Below are positions 1-8,170 of a stretch of 64,000 nt of DNA, piece by piece. A program made the translations under genes and the position numbers. This DNA comes from Candidatus Sericytochromatia bacterium. GTDB lineage: Bacteria; Cyanobacteriota; Sericytochromatia; UBA7694. The number at the start of each line of letters is the position of its first letter. The first letter of the stretch is position 1. The stretch lies in the NCBI GenBank assembly GCA_044356335.1, contig JBIKWL010000006.1:9848-73847 (forward strand). The letters are read 5' to 3'. Below the pieces are notes generated by a model. That model saw only the letters and a list, made by a program, of their open reading frames with translations, was not told where the DNA came from and made no database searches.

Positions 1-233
1 ATTTGGTCAAAGAACTCAAAGCCCCCGATCGCCGCGTGCGCAAGCGGGGCCTGTTTGTGACCCGCAAAACCAAGATGCCTTCGGTTTTGTTGGAGATTGG
101 CTTTCTCTCCAATCCCCAAGAAGAGGCGCAATTGAGCAATAGCAATTACCAGCGCCTCGTGGCCAAAGCGATTCGCGATGGGATTTACGACTATCTCTCC
201 AAACACAAACCCGTGCGCGGTGGGCAGCTCTAG
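1..233 (+). CDS. C-terminal fragment of N-acetylmuramoyl-L-alanine amidase (Amidase_3 family), truncated by window start
   Basis: The motif LLEIGFLSNPQEE is typical of the C-terminal region of AmiA/B/C-type amidases. The ORF runs in from the window edge. Confidence 0.55.
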   Translation, partial: LVKELKAPDRRVRKRGLFVTRKTKMPSVLLEIGFLSNPQEEAQLSNSNYQRLVAKAIRDGIYDYLSKHKPVRGGQL

Positions 234-2140
234 TCTGTTTTCACTGACGGCAACAGATGTTTGATCGTCTGTATTTTCCAACTTGTGCCACTGGGGATCA
301 GGGGCAGTTGGGGCTGGATTTTTTTCTGTGGCTCTGGTTTGGCCAGCATATTTTGAACGGCCATTCCCCCAGTTAGTTTGTCGGCCTCTGCTTTGAATTC
401 AGATTTTAGCGCCAATTTTAGCGCCAATGGGCTCCAGAGCCATTCGCGGATCAGTGGATGCCCATTTTCGAGCATTGTTTGCCATTGGCGGGTGCTAAAG
501 ACGGGGTCTGTGTGGGTTTTGCTCAGGTAATCTATCACTTCACGCTGGGCTTGGCGACTGAGTAAGAACCAAAGTTGCCCATCGTCCTGTGCTTGCCAGG
601 CGCTGAAAAAGGCGGCCGTGATGTCTTCGGCATTGCGTTTGGGCAGAGCATAGCTACCTGTGGGCAATTGCTGCAGTATCGGGGCGCCGACCCAGATCCC
701 AAAGCCATCGACAAAGAGTTCGGGCACGATGACCAACTCCAAGGGCTGGTTTCCTCCCAGCCCTGGATGGCGCTCCAGATTGAGGCTGTTTAAGGCCAAT
801 TCGGCCAGCCAATTGGTTTCGGCCATTTTGGCTTGAATTGGCAATTGGGCCTGGGCATTTAAACTTGTGTATCCTGAAAATTGCCTGACCAGATGGGTGC
901 TGAGCAAGGGGCCGCGCCGCGTGCCCTCTTGGGCGTAGACCCGCAACAGCAACTGGGCATTTTTCCCCTCGTTTTTTCCTTCACTTTGCCCGAGGCCCAC
1001 GGGCAGACTCAATTTGCCTTTTAAACTGAGTCCGTCTGTTTTGCCGGGGGGGGCGGTTTGTCCTGCCTCCGTTTCTGCCGGTTGTTGACTTGGCTTTGTG
1101 TCTGATTGGGGAGGGCTGTCGGATTTGGGCGGGAGAGTGGATGGCGCTTGCGGAATTGTGCTGAGGATGGGCACCGGTTTGCGCTGATCCACCACCATTT
1201 GTTCTTCTTCGACCGCGCCATCGTCGGGGTCTTCACCCCCTTGCAAGCGACGGCCCCAGGCTTCGGGTTGATTCAAAGAGCGGTTGGGCGGTGTGGGCGT
1301 TGCTGGTGCAGGAAGCCCGTTGATCGCGTCTTTGGCGACAAAGCCCTCACGCACCACACGGGCAAACCAGGCGTAGTCGATTTGGCCAAAGCCGCCATTG
1401 GCCCAGCGCGGCCCCCAGGAATTGATCACCTTAAAGCTGCGTTTGGCATCATCGTAGCCCACCAATACCAGGGCATGGCCGCCCAGGCTTTTGCCTTCGC
1501 GCTTTTTCCAAACATGGCCTTTGCGGGCCCTGTAAAAGCCCTGATCGATCACCGCACCCAACATGACTGGGTAGCCCGCATTGAGATGGGCCTTGAGTTC
1601 TTTCGGATCGAGCACATTGACCTGCCGCCAATAGTCGATGCGCCAGGCGCGGGCTTTTTGCAAGAGCGCTGGCGCCGGTTTGCTGCGGAAATCGTCGGGA
1701 TTGTAAGGCATTTCTGACCAGGGCACGACGCCTTGGCTGGAGAGTAAATTGAGCGCGTCGATATACGTGATGCCGCCATCGCGGCTGTTATTGAGCAAAT
1801 TATAGACAAAGGCTGGGCTGAAGACCTTTTGCCACTGCGGCGAGCCATCGGGTTTGGCCAAGAGGTGATTGTGCTCAATCCGCTCTTGGTACGATTTGAG
1901 CACATAGGCTGTGGCCCAGCCCACACAGGAGTTTTGCCCGCCTTGGTCCCCCGGTGGGGGCATATTGTCAGACAAATCCACTTTGCCTGGCAAATCTATC
2001 CCCGAATAGGGCATCGAAGCCAGGGGGATGGCACGCAATTGCTCTGGGCTGGCCAATTGCAGGCCGGTCGGCGCTGTTCCTGGAATCAGGCTGGGCAGCA
2101 GGCTGGCCGCCAATAAACTCAGCAATGGGGTTTTGAACAC
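230..2140 (-). CDS. secreted papain-like (C1 family) cysteine peptidase with Pro-rich linker and ~320-aa C-terminal domain of unknown function
   Basis: N-terminal signal peptide. Catalytic-residue motifs are present: QGGQNSCVGWA (oxyanion Gln plus catalytic Cys), GGHALVLVGYD (His) and NSWGPRWANGGF (Asn). A long PTPPNRS...SPPQSDTKPSQQP linker follows. Confidence 0.6.
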   Translation of the reverse strand: MFKTPLLSLLAASLLPSLIPGTAPTGLQLASPEQLRAIPLASMPYSGIDLPGKVDLSDNMPPPGDQGGQNSCVGWATAYVLKSYQERIEHNHLLAKPDGSPQWQKVFSPAFVYNLLNNSRDGGITYIDALNLLSSQGVVPWSEMPYNPDDFRSKPAPALLQKARAWRIDYWRQVNVLDPKELKAHLNAGYPVMLGAVIDQGFYRARKGHVWKKREGKSLGGHALVLVGYDDAKRSFKVINSWGPRWANGGFGQIDYAWFARVVREGFVAKDAINGLPAPATPTPPNRSLNQPEAWGRRLQGGEDPDDGAVEEEQMVVDQRKPVPILSTIPQAPSTLPPKSDSPPQSDTKPSQQPAETEAGQTAPPGKTDGLSLKGKLSLPVGLGQSEGKNEGKNAQLLLRVYAQEGTRRGPLLSTHLVRQFSGYTSLNAQAQLPIQAKMAETNWLAELALNSLNLERHPGLGGNQPLELVIVPELFVDGFGIWVGAPILQQLPTGSYALPKRNAEDITAAFFSAWQAQDDGQLWFLLSRQAQREVIDYLSKTHTDPVFSTRQWQTMLENGHPLIREWLWSPLALKLALKSEFKAEADKLTGGMAVQNMLAKPEPQKKIQPQLPLIPSGTSWKIQTIKHLLPSVKTD

Positions 2141-2336
2141 GGCGGCCTCCTTTGGCGGATGTTGTCTGGGCTGGGAGTGGTATCAGATCAGACTCAGACG
2201 GGCGTTGAGTTGTTCATTTTAATTTTAGCAGAGGGGAGGGGGCTAAACGCAAAGCTGACAGGAAGCTGTTGAGCTTTCTTACTGTCAGGGAGGAGCAAAA
2301 GCAGCAGAGTCACACGGAATTGCGGCAAAACATGCT

Positions 2337-2570
2337 CTACCGTTGGCGTTGTGAAGCCAAGATGGAGGGAACCGAAATAGCACGCCTGCGACGTGAATTG
2401 GCCAGTGTCAGTGTGTCTTTGACCTCCACCTCTAGTGTGTGGCCTGCCAAGCGATGGCGCAAGGTAAAACTAACCTGAGCTTGGCGGTCGGTGGGGCTGG
2501 ATTTGGTGATTTTCCAGTTTTTCAGGTTTTGCGGCAATAGGCTGGCGATCCAAAAGCCGTCCGCGTCCAC
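2337..2570 (-). pseudogene. orphan fragment duplicating the 3' end (last ~70 codons) of the 949-aa surface protein gene at 8068..10917
   Basis: The 77-aa ORF reads ...DADGFWIASLLPQNLKNWKITKSSPTDRQAQVSFTLRHRLAGHTLEVEV, almost identical to the C-terminus of the 8068..10917 product. DNA at 2396-2625 is ~95% identical to 8103-8315. Confidence 0.6.
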
Positions 2571-4075
2571 TGCTGGGCCGGGGTAAAAGGGCGCGTCATC
2601 GGCAAAGATTTTGAGGGATTGTCTTTGCCTGTGAGGGCTCTATTTGCCTTTGAATACTCAGCCAGTAGATCCTCCAGCCAGCGACGCAGGAGTGGGGCTT
2701 TGATATTCGGATCAAATCTGACGTTAAAAGTAACGTTGCCAAAGGGTATGTCCACAGGTGCTTCTTGGTACGGGGTAGGCGGTGTTTGGGCAATCTGAAA
2801 GGCGCTGATTTGGAAGGGATTCCGGGTTGGTGGTTTGGTGGAGCCATCGGGAAGAAGATAATCGTAAATATATTTTGAAAAATAACCCAAAAAGCGGATT
2901 CCTATGGGGCGATTGTGCTGAGAATCCCACTCAACTCCTGTCATTGAGGGGGGACGAATATCTGGAAAAAAGACTAAAAGATCTTGGTCTGTTTCCCAGG
3001 CATTGGTGTCCAGGGTTTCACTGTACATATAGCGAATAGACCAAGGCCCAATGATACCTACCCGCTCCATATTCGTAGGGAGGGACAAGCGCCCCGGTTG
3101 GTTTAAACGCAAGCCCATCGGCTGAATCTGAATGACAGGGCCCGCATAATCCAATGGCGGGCACATATCTTTGTTCCTGGGGCAAGAGGCTTCGATCGAG
3201 GGTGCGGAGAGCATTTGTTTGATGGAAAGTGTGGTCGTTTGATTCAAAGCCCCTGCAGGCAACTCCAGCTTGGCCACCCCCGGCAGCTCCACGACCCCAC
3301 CTGCTGGCCCAATCTGCTTGATCCCCGGCGGATACGCCGCCTGCTGGTTGGTGGTCCACCAAGCCATCTGAAACTCTTTCACCGTATCGGTCTTAAACTT
3401 GAGCACCAGCTTTTGCCCATCGGGGTTGTACCAATCACTCGGCACAGGCAAAGGCCGCACGCCCAGTAAAAACCAGCGGTTTAAATCCAGCAATTTGCCT
3501 TGCTTGGAGCTGAGCGTGTCTTTGACATAGTAGAGGTCATCGCTCACCTCCAGGCTGCTATTGGGTTTCCACGGGCCTTGCAGGTGCAGCAGGGTCTCGT
3601 AGGTCTGTTTGGGCAGGCGAATCGTGGCTTGGCCATCGCTGCCATCGCCATCGAGGATCTCCAGTTTCTTGCCGCTGCTTGCTTCGAGCACCAGTTTAAA
3701 TTCGCCATTCTCGGGAATCTTGACCTGCTGCTTGAGGTTCTGGGCCTGCGCCATAAAGCGCACCACAAAGATCTGGGGCAGATTAAAGCTCTGCACAGCA
3801 AAGCCTTCTTCTGCTGGCTTTTCGGCCAGGGCCTGCTCGAGGGCTTGGTTGAGCTGGTCGTTTTTATCGGTTGGCAGGTTTGTGTCCAAGGGTGTGGTTT
3901 TCACCATATTGGGAAAGGTGACCTTTTCAGGCGGCTTTTGGCCAGTATCCGCAGCGGTCTGCACCTGGGCTTGTGCCTGTCGTTGGCTGCTTTGCTGGGC
4001 CGGGGGAATCAAGCTGCAGGCAGCGAGAAAGCTGGCGAGCAGGGCTGCAGATACGGGTTTAAATAAGGCTTTCAT
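2522..4075 (-). CDS. lipoprotein, paralogue A (517 aa); shares its N-terminal ~290 aa with 5036..8041, has a unique ~190-aa C-terminal region, and its last ~40 aa are read through the duplicated fragment
   Basis: Signal peptide plus lipobox (LAACS). Residues 1-290 are near-identical to the 1001-aa paralogue. The 3' end overlaps repeat fragment 2396-2625 in another frame, suggesting a chimeric or truncated 3' end. Confidence 0.65.
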   Translation of the reverse strand: MKALFKPVSAALLASFLAACSLIPPAQQSSQRQAQAQVQTAADTGQKPPEKVTFPNMVKTTPLDTNLPTDKNDQLNQALEQALAEKPAEEGFAVQSFNLPQIFVVRFMAQAQNLKQQVKIPENGEFKLVLEASSGKKLEILDGDGSDGQATIRLPKQTYETLLHLQGPWKPNSSLEVSDDLYYVKDTLSSKQGKLLDLNRWFLLGVRPLPVPSDWYNPDGQKLVLKFKTDTVKEFQMAWWTTNQQAAYPPGIKQIGPAGGVVELPGVAKLELPAGALNQTTTLSIKQMLSAPSIEASCPRNKDMCPPLDYAGPVIQIQPMGLRLNQPGRLSLPTNMERVGIIGPWSIRYMYSETLDTNAWETDQDLLVFFPDIRPPSMTGVEWDSQHNRPIGIRFLGYFSKYIYDYLLPDGSTKPPTRNPFQISAFQIAQTPPTPYQEAPVDIPFGNVTFNVRFDPNIKAPLLRRWLEDLLAEYSKANRALTGKDNPSKSLPMTRPFTPAQQWTRTAFGSPAYCRKT

Positions 4076-4200
4076 TTAATTGCCTCCTAACTTCGGCATG
4101 CTCAGTTACCCTCCGGGTAGAGGATAGTGCGGCCTGTATTGACCAAGGTGTCTTGGACCTCCACCTCTAGCGTATGGCCAGCGAGGCGATTGGGCAAGTG
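3208..4200. repeat. direct repeat copy A (~1 kb) of segmental duplication: lipoprotein 5' module + intergenic + terminal ~100 nt of the big surface-protein gene
   Basis: Read by eye: 3208-4075 is ~97% identical to 7174-8041, and 4076-4200 is ~85-90% identical to 8042-8170. Antisense ORFs 3500..4066 and 3609..4079 are duplicated at 7575..8045 as expected. Confidence 0.85.
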
Positions 4201-4278
4201 AGGATTTGTTAAAATTGCCTCAAAACACTCACACAAAATTCATATTATTTTTGTATATACATATGATATATTTTAAGT

Positions 4279-4563
4279 ATGCGTTTGCCAGATCAAATCC
4301 GCACCATTTCATCAGCTCACAAGCATGGGGTAACCGAAACTCAGATTCTCGATAGCTTGTACAATCCCTACCAACGCCCCTTGTTGTTGCGTTCAGAGTC
4401 TGACCCGACTGTGGTGCTGGCTTTGGCGGAAACAGAAGATGGAGAATTGTTTGAAATTGGCTATGTACCTGAGCAAGAGGGGGTAGCCAGGGTGATTCAT
4501 GCCATGCCCATGCGCCCAAGTTACCAAAAACGCTATCACACCAAGAGGAAAAGGCGAAGATGA
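4279..4563 (+). CDS. BrnT-like (COG2929/DUF497) type II toxin
   Basis: 94 aa. KHGVTETQILDSLYNP plus a ...LFEIGYVPEQEGVARVIHAMPMRPS core resemble BrnT-family RNase toxins. It overlaps the downstream antitoxin-like gene by 4 nt (ATGA) and follows an AT-rich promoter-like region at 4200-4278. Confidence 0.5.
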   Translation: MRLPDQIRTISSAHKHGVTETQILDSLYNPYQRPLLLRSESDPTVVLALAETEDGELFEIGYVPEQEGVARVIHAMPMRPSYQKRYHTKRKRRR

Positions 4564-4832
4564 AACGAACTGTGCCCCAAACGCTTGCTGAATGTCAAAC
4601 AGATGAGCAACGTGCAGACTATCTTGTAAAGCAGGATGTCTTTGAAAGCGATGAATTTAAGTATGAAGGGGTTGCTGAGCCTCCCCGTCGTCGCTTGATG
4701 CAGCAATTGCATATGCGGATTGATGAAGAGACGATTGTTCGTCTGCGCAAAGTGGCTGACAGCAAGCGCATGGGGTATCAGACTTTGGCCAGGATGTGGC
4801 TGATAGAGCGCTTAGAACAAGAAGATGTCTGA
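4560..4832 (+). CDS. BrnA-like (COG3514) antitoxin with C-terminal RHH-like DNA-binding motif
   Basis: 90 aa. The C-terminus HMRIDEETIVRLRKVADSKRMGYQTLARMWLIER matches the RISIRLDxDVL...GYQTRINAxLRE signature of BrnA antitoxins. The toxin-first, overlapping gene order is typical of brnTA. Confidence 0.55.
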   Translation: MKRTVPQTLAECQTDEQRADYLVKQDVFESDEFKYEGVAEPPRRRLMQQLHMRIDEETIVRLRKVADSKRMGYQTLARMWLIERLEQEDV

Positions 4833-5035
4833 GCAAATGGGTTTGGCCGCAGAACGTCAAGAATTGAGAAAAATCATGCTTGAGTTGGTTAAAGAAGATG
4901 TTGAAAAACATTGCAAGCACGTGAACTTCAACGTAAACGCGAAAGCGCCCGCCAGATGAAAGCCGATGGCTTGCCTGTGGTCAGTATTTGCAAGTACACA
5001 GGGCTGAGCGCCGAAGATGTGGCGGGGCTTTAGGG

Positions 5036-8000
5036 CTATTGAGGGCAAGGCTTTTGAGCTGCTGTGCTGAAAGAGGCATTGGTGGGCAGCATATTGCAGG
5101 CGTAGGTGGTGTGTTCGATGCGGTTGCTGGGAATATTGGCTGAGCGCGCTTCAATCCAGCCCCCTTTTAAGGCCTGGTTGGGGATGTTGACAAACATATT
5201 TTGAATCTCTACCCCATCACTGTCGATTTTGGATTCTAAAAAGACAGGCTTTTGTTTGATTTCTTTGCCCACTTCTGAGCGGGGCTGAAAGATAATTTCT
5301 GTGTTGGATGGATCAAAGCCTGTACCTGTTAAGTCGAGTTGGGGAGCGGCCTTGTCAGTGGTGATATCTTGGCCGTCTTTCTCTTTGGGCCATTCAGCCG
5401 AGAGCAGTTTGGGGCCGAGGAAAACTTCGAGGTTCATGGTAAAGGCATTTTTCCGCGGATCATCCCAAAAAGCAACTTTCCAGAGGGTGTTATAAATTGA
5501 CAAAATCGCTGATTTAACCGGCTGTTCATGACCAAAGGAAGGTATCATTAAAAAACCTTCTTTACTGACTGAGAAATCACTGCTGATATAAGGTTTTCTG
5601 CGTAGTCTACCAGAATTATCCAATTCAGTTTTGACGGCTATCCCTTCAGTATTATTAACCCCGACCAAACCTGGATACAGAAATTCGCGAATTTTACGAC
5701 GTCCTTCCTGATTACTAATGAAAAAGGTTGTTTCTGGAGTAGGTGAAATGCTGCGGATATATAAATTGCGTGGCTGACGTATTTTTTGATCGGCTTGTAA
5801 GAGTAGATTCACAACAGAGAGCGGTTCCGTTCCTTCGCTGCTGACAAGCAATGGGTTTTGAACTGTGTGAGTATTGGAAATAGTATGCTTTTTTTTATAG
5901 GCAATATGGTTTAATTCAATTTCTGTGAACAAGCTGACATTCTTTTGAATAATGGCATCTTTCACAAAATTCAGATAATAATCATCGATGGTTGGGCTGC
6001 CACTTTTTTGTTTGAGAAGATCAGACAACGATGCGATTGAACGTGTCAATATTTCTTGAACTCGATGTTTAGAGCCATACAGATGAATGAGTTCCGCTAT
6101 CCCTTTTGTGCCATAACTGTTAAAAAGATAAGTCCAGAAAGCAACTGTGTCGTAGGCATCTCTTCCCACTGGCGCATTGTACTGATCCAGTCTTAAAAAA
6201 AGGCTTGTGTCCAGTGTTTCTAGATGTTTGACTCGTCCTGCATAATGGGATTTAGTTGGGTTAACCGTTGTGAATCCGAACGTTGTTTTGAGTTCTTCGG
6301 TTAAGAAAAAACCAGCGAATTCTGCCGTGCCTTCAATCATGGCGCGTTCTTCTTTTTTAAAGGTGTCTCTTTTATCAACCATATAAGCATCTTGAAAAGT
6401 GTGAAACAATTCGTGTAAGACAACTTCAGCACTGAAAGGATCATTAAACGGATTGGCTTCATTGACTGCAATATTTATCTGTGGCCCCAAATACTGGCCT
6501 GTAGGGCCAAAGAGAGGCAATACTTGAGCAAGAAAATCACCTGGAGGATTAAATTGAAATTGAACAGGTATTCTACTTTCGTCTAAACCTGCTGGCTGAA
6601 AAGAAAGTGGTGGTGGGCGCATTTCCCAACCACGCCCTATAAGTGCAGCATGACCAGTTTCCAGATATTTTTTGATATTTTCTAATGATTCTGGGCATGC
6701 TTTACCGCTATTGTCGACAAGATAAAAATGTTCGCTCAGAGCATATTGAACAGCTCCCTTAATTGCACATGGGGGGGAGGTTTCACTTTGAGTTTTGAAA
6801 CCTTGAGATTGATAAAACTCTTCAACACTTGAAGTGTAATACATTTGCCGAGAAATATAAGCAAATTGTTGTAGTGACATGATGAGATTATGATGAGTAA
6901 TATCACTAAATTTTCGGATATGTGGACGCTTTGCTAAGTAGGGGAAGTATTGCCAAGAGACAGTATTGTTGATTTCTAGGCTACCTACTTCTTCTATGCT
7001 TATCGGGCTATAGCGTTCAAAAAACGTGTAAACAGGCAAATCCAAGGGAGCCGGTTTATTTAATTTAAGGCCCAAGGGTTCAATTTTGACAATGGGAGCT
7101 GCAAAAACCCAGCCCAGGTAACATTGATTGGGGTCATATGGATTAGGGCAATAGTCTTTCCGTGAAGCCACTTCTTTTTGCTGGCGCATGACCACCACCG
7201 TCGGCGCGCTTAAAGCTCCCGCAGGTAGTTCCAGTTTGGCCACCCCCGGCAGCTCCACGATCCCGCCCGCAGGCCCAATCTGCTGAATTCCCGGCGGATA
7301 AGCAGCCTTCTGATTGGTCGTCCACCAGGCCATCTGAAACTCTTTCACCGTATCGGTCTTAAACTTGAGCACCAGCTTTTGCCCATCGGGGTTGTACCAA
7401 TCACTCGGCACAGGCAAAGGCCGCACGCCCAGCAAAAACCAGCGGTTGAGATCCAGCAACTTGCCCTGCTTGGAGCTGAGCGTGTCTTTGACATAGTAGA
7501 GGTCATCGCTTACCTCCAGGCTGCTATTGGGTTTCCAAGGCCCCTGCAGGTGCAGCAGGGTCTCGTAGGTCTGTTTGGGTAGGCGAATCGTGGCCTGGCC
7601 ATCGCTGCCATCGCCATCGAGGATCTCCAGCTTCTTGCCGCTGCTTGCTTCAAGCACCAGTTTAAATTCGCCATTTTCGGGAATCTTGACCTGCTGCTTG
7701 AGGTTCTTGGCCTGGGCCATAAAGCGCACCACAAAGATCTGGGGCAGATTAAAGCTCTGCACAGCAAAGCCCTCTTCGGCGGGTTTTTCGGCCAGGGCCT
7801 GCTCCAGCGCGGCATTGAGCTGGGCGTTTTTATCGGCGGGCAGATTTGTGTTCAAGGGTGTTGTTGTCACCATATTGGGAAAGGTGACCTTTTCAGGCGG
7901 CTTTTGGCCAGTATCCGCAGCGGTCTGCACCTGGGCTTGTGCCTGTCGTTGGCTGCTTTGCTGGGCTGGGGGAATCAAGCTGCAGGCAGCGAGAAAGCTG

Positions 8001-8041
8001 GCGAGCAGGGCTGCAGATACGGGTTTGAATAAGGCTTTCAT
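5036..8041 (-). CDS. lipoprotein, paralogue B (1001 aa): shared N-terminal module fused to a ~700-aa gluzincin-like HExxH metallopeptidase region
   Basis: Same signal peptide, lipobox and first ~290 aa as 2522..4075. The downstream unique region contains VVLHELFHTFQ (HExxH) with Glu residues 17-23 aa further on, a thermolysin-like spacing. Confidence 0.65.
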   Translation of the reverse strand: MKALFKPVSAALLASFLAACSLIPPAQQSSQRQAQAQVQTAADTGQKPPEKVTFPNMVTTTPLNTNLPADKNAQLNAALEQALAEKPAEEGFAVQSFNLPQIFVVRFMAQAKNLKQQVKIPENGEFKLVLEASSGKKLEILDGDGSDGQATIRLPKQTYETLLHLQGPWKPNSSLEVSDDLYYVKDTLSSKQGKLLDLNRWFLLGVRPLPVPSDWYNPDGQKLVLKFKTDTVKEFQMAWWTTNQKAAYPPGIQQIGPAGGIVELPGVAKLELPAGALSAPTVVVMRQQKEVASRKDYCPNPYDPNQCYLGWVFAAPIVKIEPLGLKLNKPAPLDLPVYTFFERYSPISIEEVGSLEINNTVSWQYFPYLAKRPHIRKFSDITHHNLIMSLQQFAYISRQMYYTSSVEEFYQSQGFKTQSETSPPCAIKGAVQYALSEHFYLVDNSGKACPESLENIKKYLETGHAALIGRGWEMRPPPLSFQPAGLDESRIPVQFQFNPPGDFLAQVLPLFGPTGQYLGPQINIAVNEANPFNDPFSAEVVLHELFHTFQDAYMVDKRDTFKKEERAMIEGTAEFAGFFLTEELKTTFGFTTVNPTKSHYAGRVKHLETLDTSLFLRLDQYNAPVGRDAYDTVAFWTYLFNSYGTKGIAELIHLYGSKHRVQEILTRSIASLSDLLKQKSGSPTIDDYYLNFVKDAIIQKNVSLFTEIELNHIAYKKKHTISNTHTVQNPLLVSSEGTEPLSVVNLLLQADQKIRQPRNLYIRSISPTPETTFFISNQEGRRKIREFLYPGLVGVNNTEGIAVKTELDNSGRLRRKPYISSDFSVSKEGFLMIPSFGHEQPVKSAILSIYNTLWKVAFWDDPRKNAFTMNLEVFLGPKLLSAEWPKEKDGQDITTDKAAPQLDLTGTGFDPSNTEIIFQPRSEVGKEIKQKPVFLESKIDSDGVEIQNMFVNIPNQALKGGWIEARSANIPSNRIEHTTYACNMLPTNASFSTAAQKPCPQ

Positions 8042-8170
8042 TTAATTGCCTCCTAACTTCGGCATGCTCAGTTACCCTCCGGGTAGAGGATATAGCGGCC
8101 AGTGTTGGCCAAGGTGTCTTGGACCTCCACCTCTAGTGTGTGGCCTGCCAGGCGATGGCGCAAGGTAAAA
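7174..8170. repeat. direct repeat copy B of the ~1 kb segmental duplication
   Basis: See copy A. The 8103-8170 stretch (3' end of the big gene) is present three times (also 2396-2465 and 4135-4200). Confidence 0.85.

Noticed and set aside
1106-1717. 203-aa plus-strand ORF inside the papain-like peptidase gene
   Set aside because: Antisense to a well-supported CDS and Arg/Gly/Ala-rich, as expected for GC-rich antisense sequence.
3500-4079. Plus-strand ORFs 3500..4066 and 3609..4079, with near-identical twins at 7575..8045
   Set aside because: They are antisense to the lipoprotein genes. Their duplication is simply a consequence of the DNA repeat, not evidence that they are expressed.
3208-8170. 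Possibility that the near-identical repeats are a diversity-generating retroelement TR/VR pair
   Set aside because: Substitutions between copies are not adenine-specific, and no reverse transcriptase ORF is present anywhere in the window.
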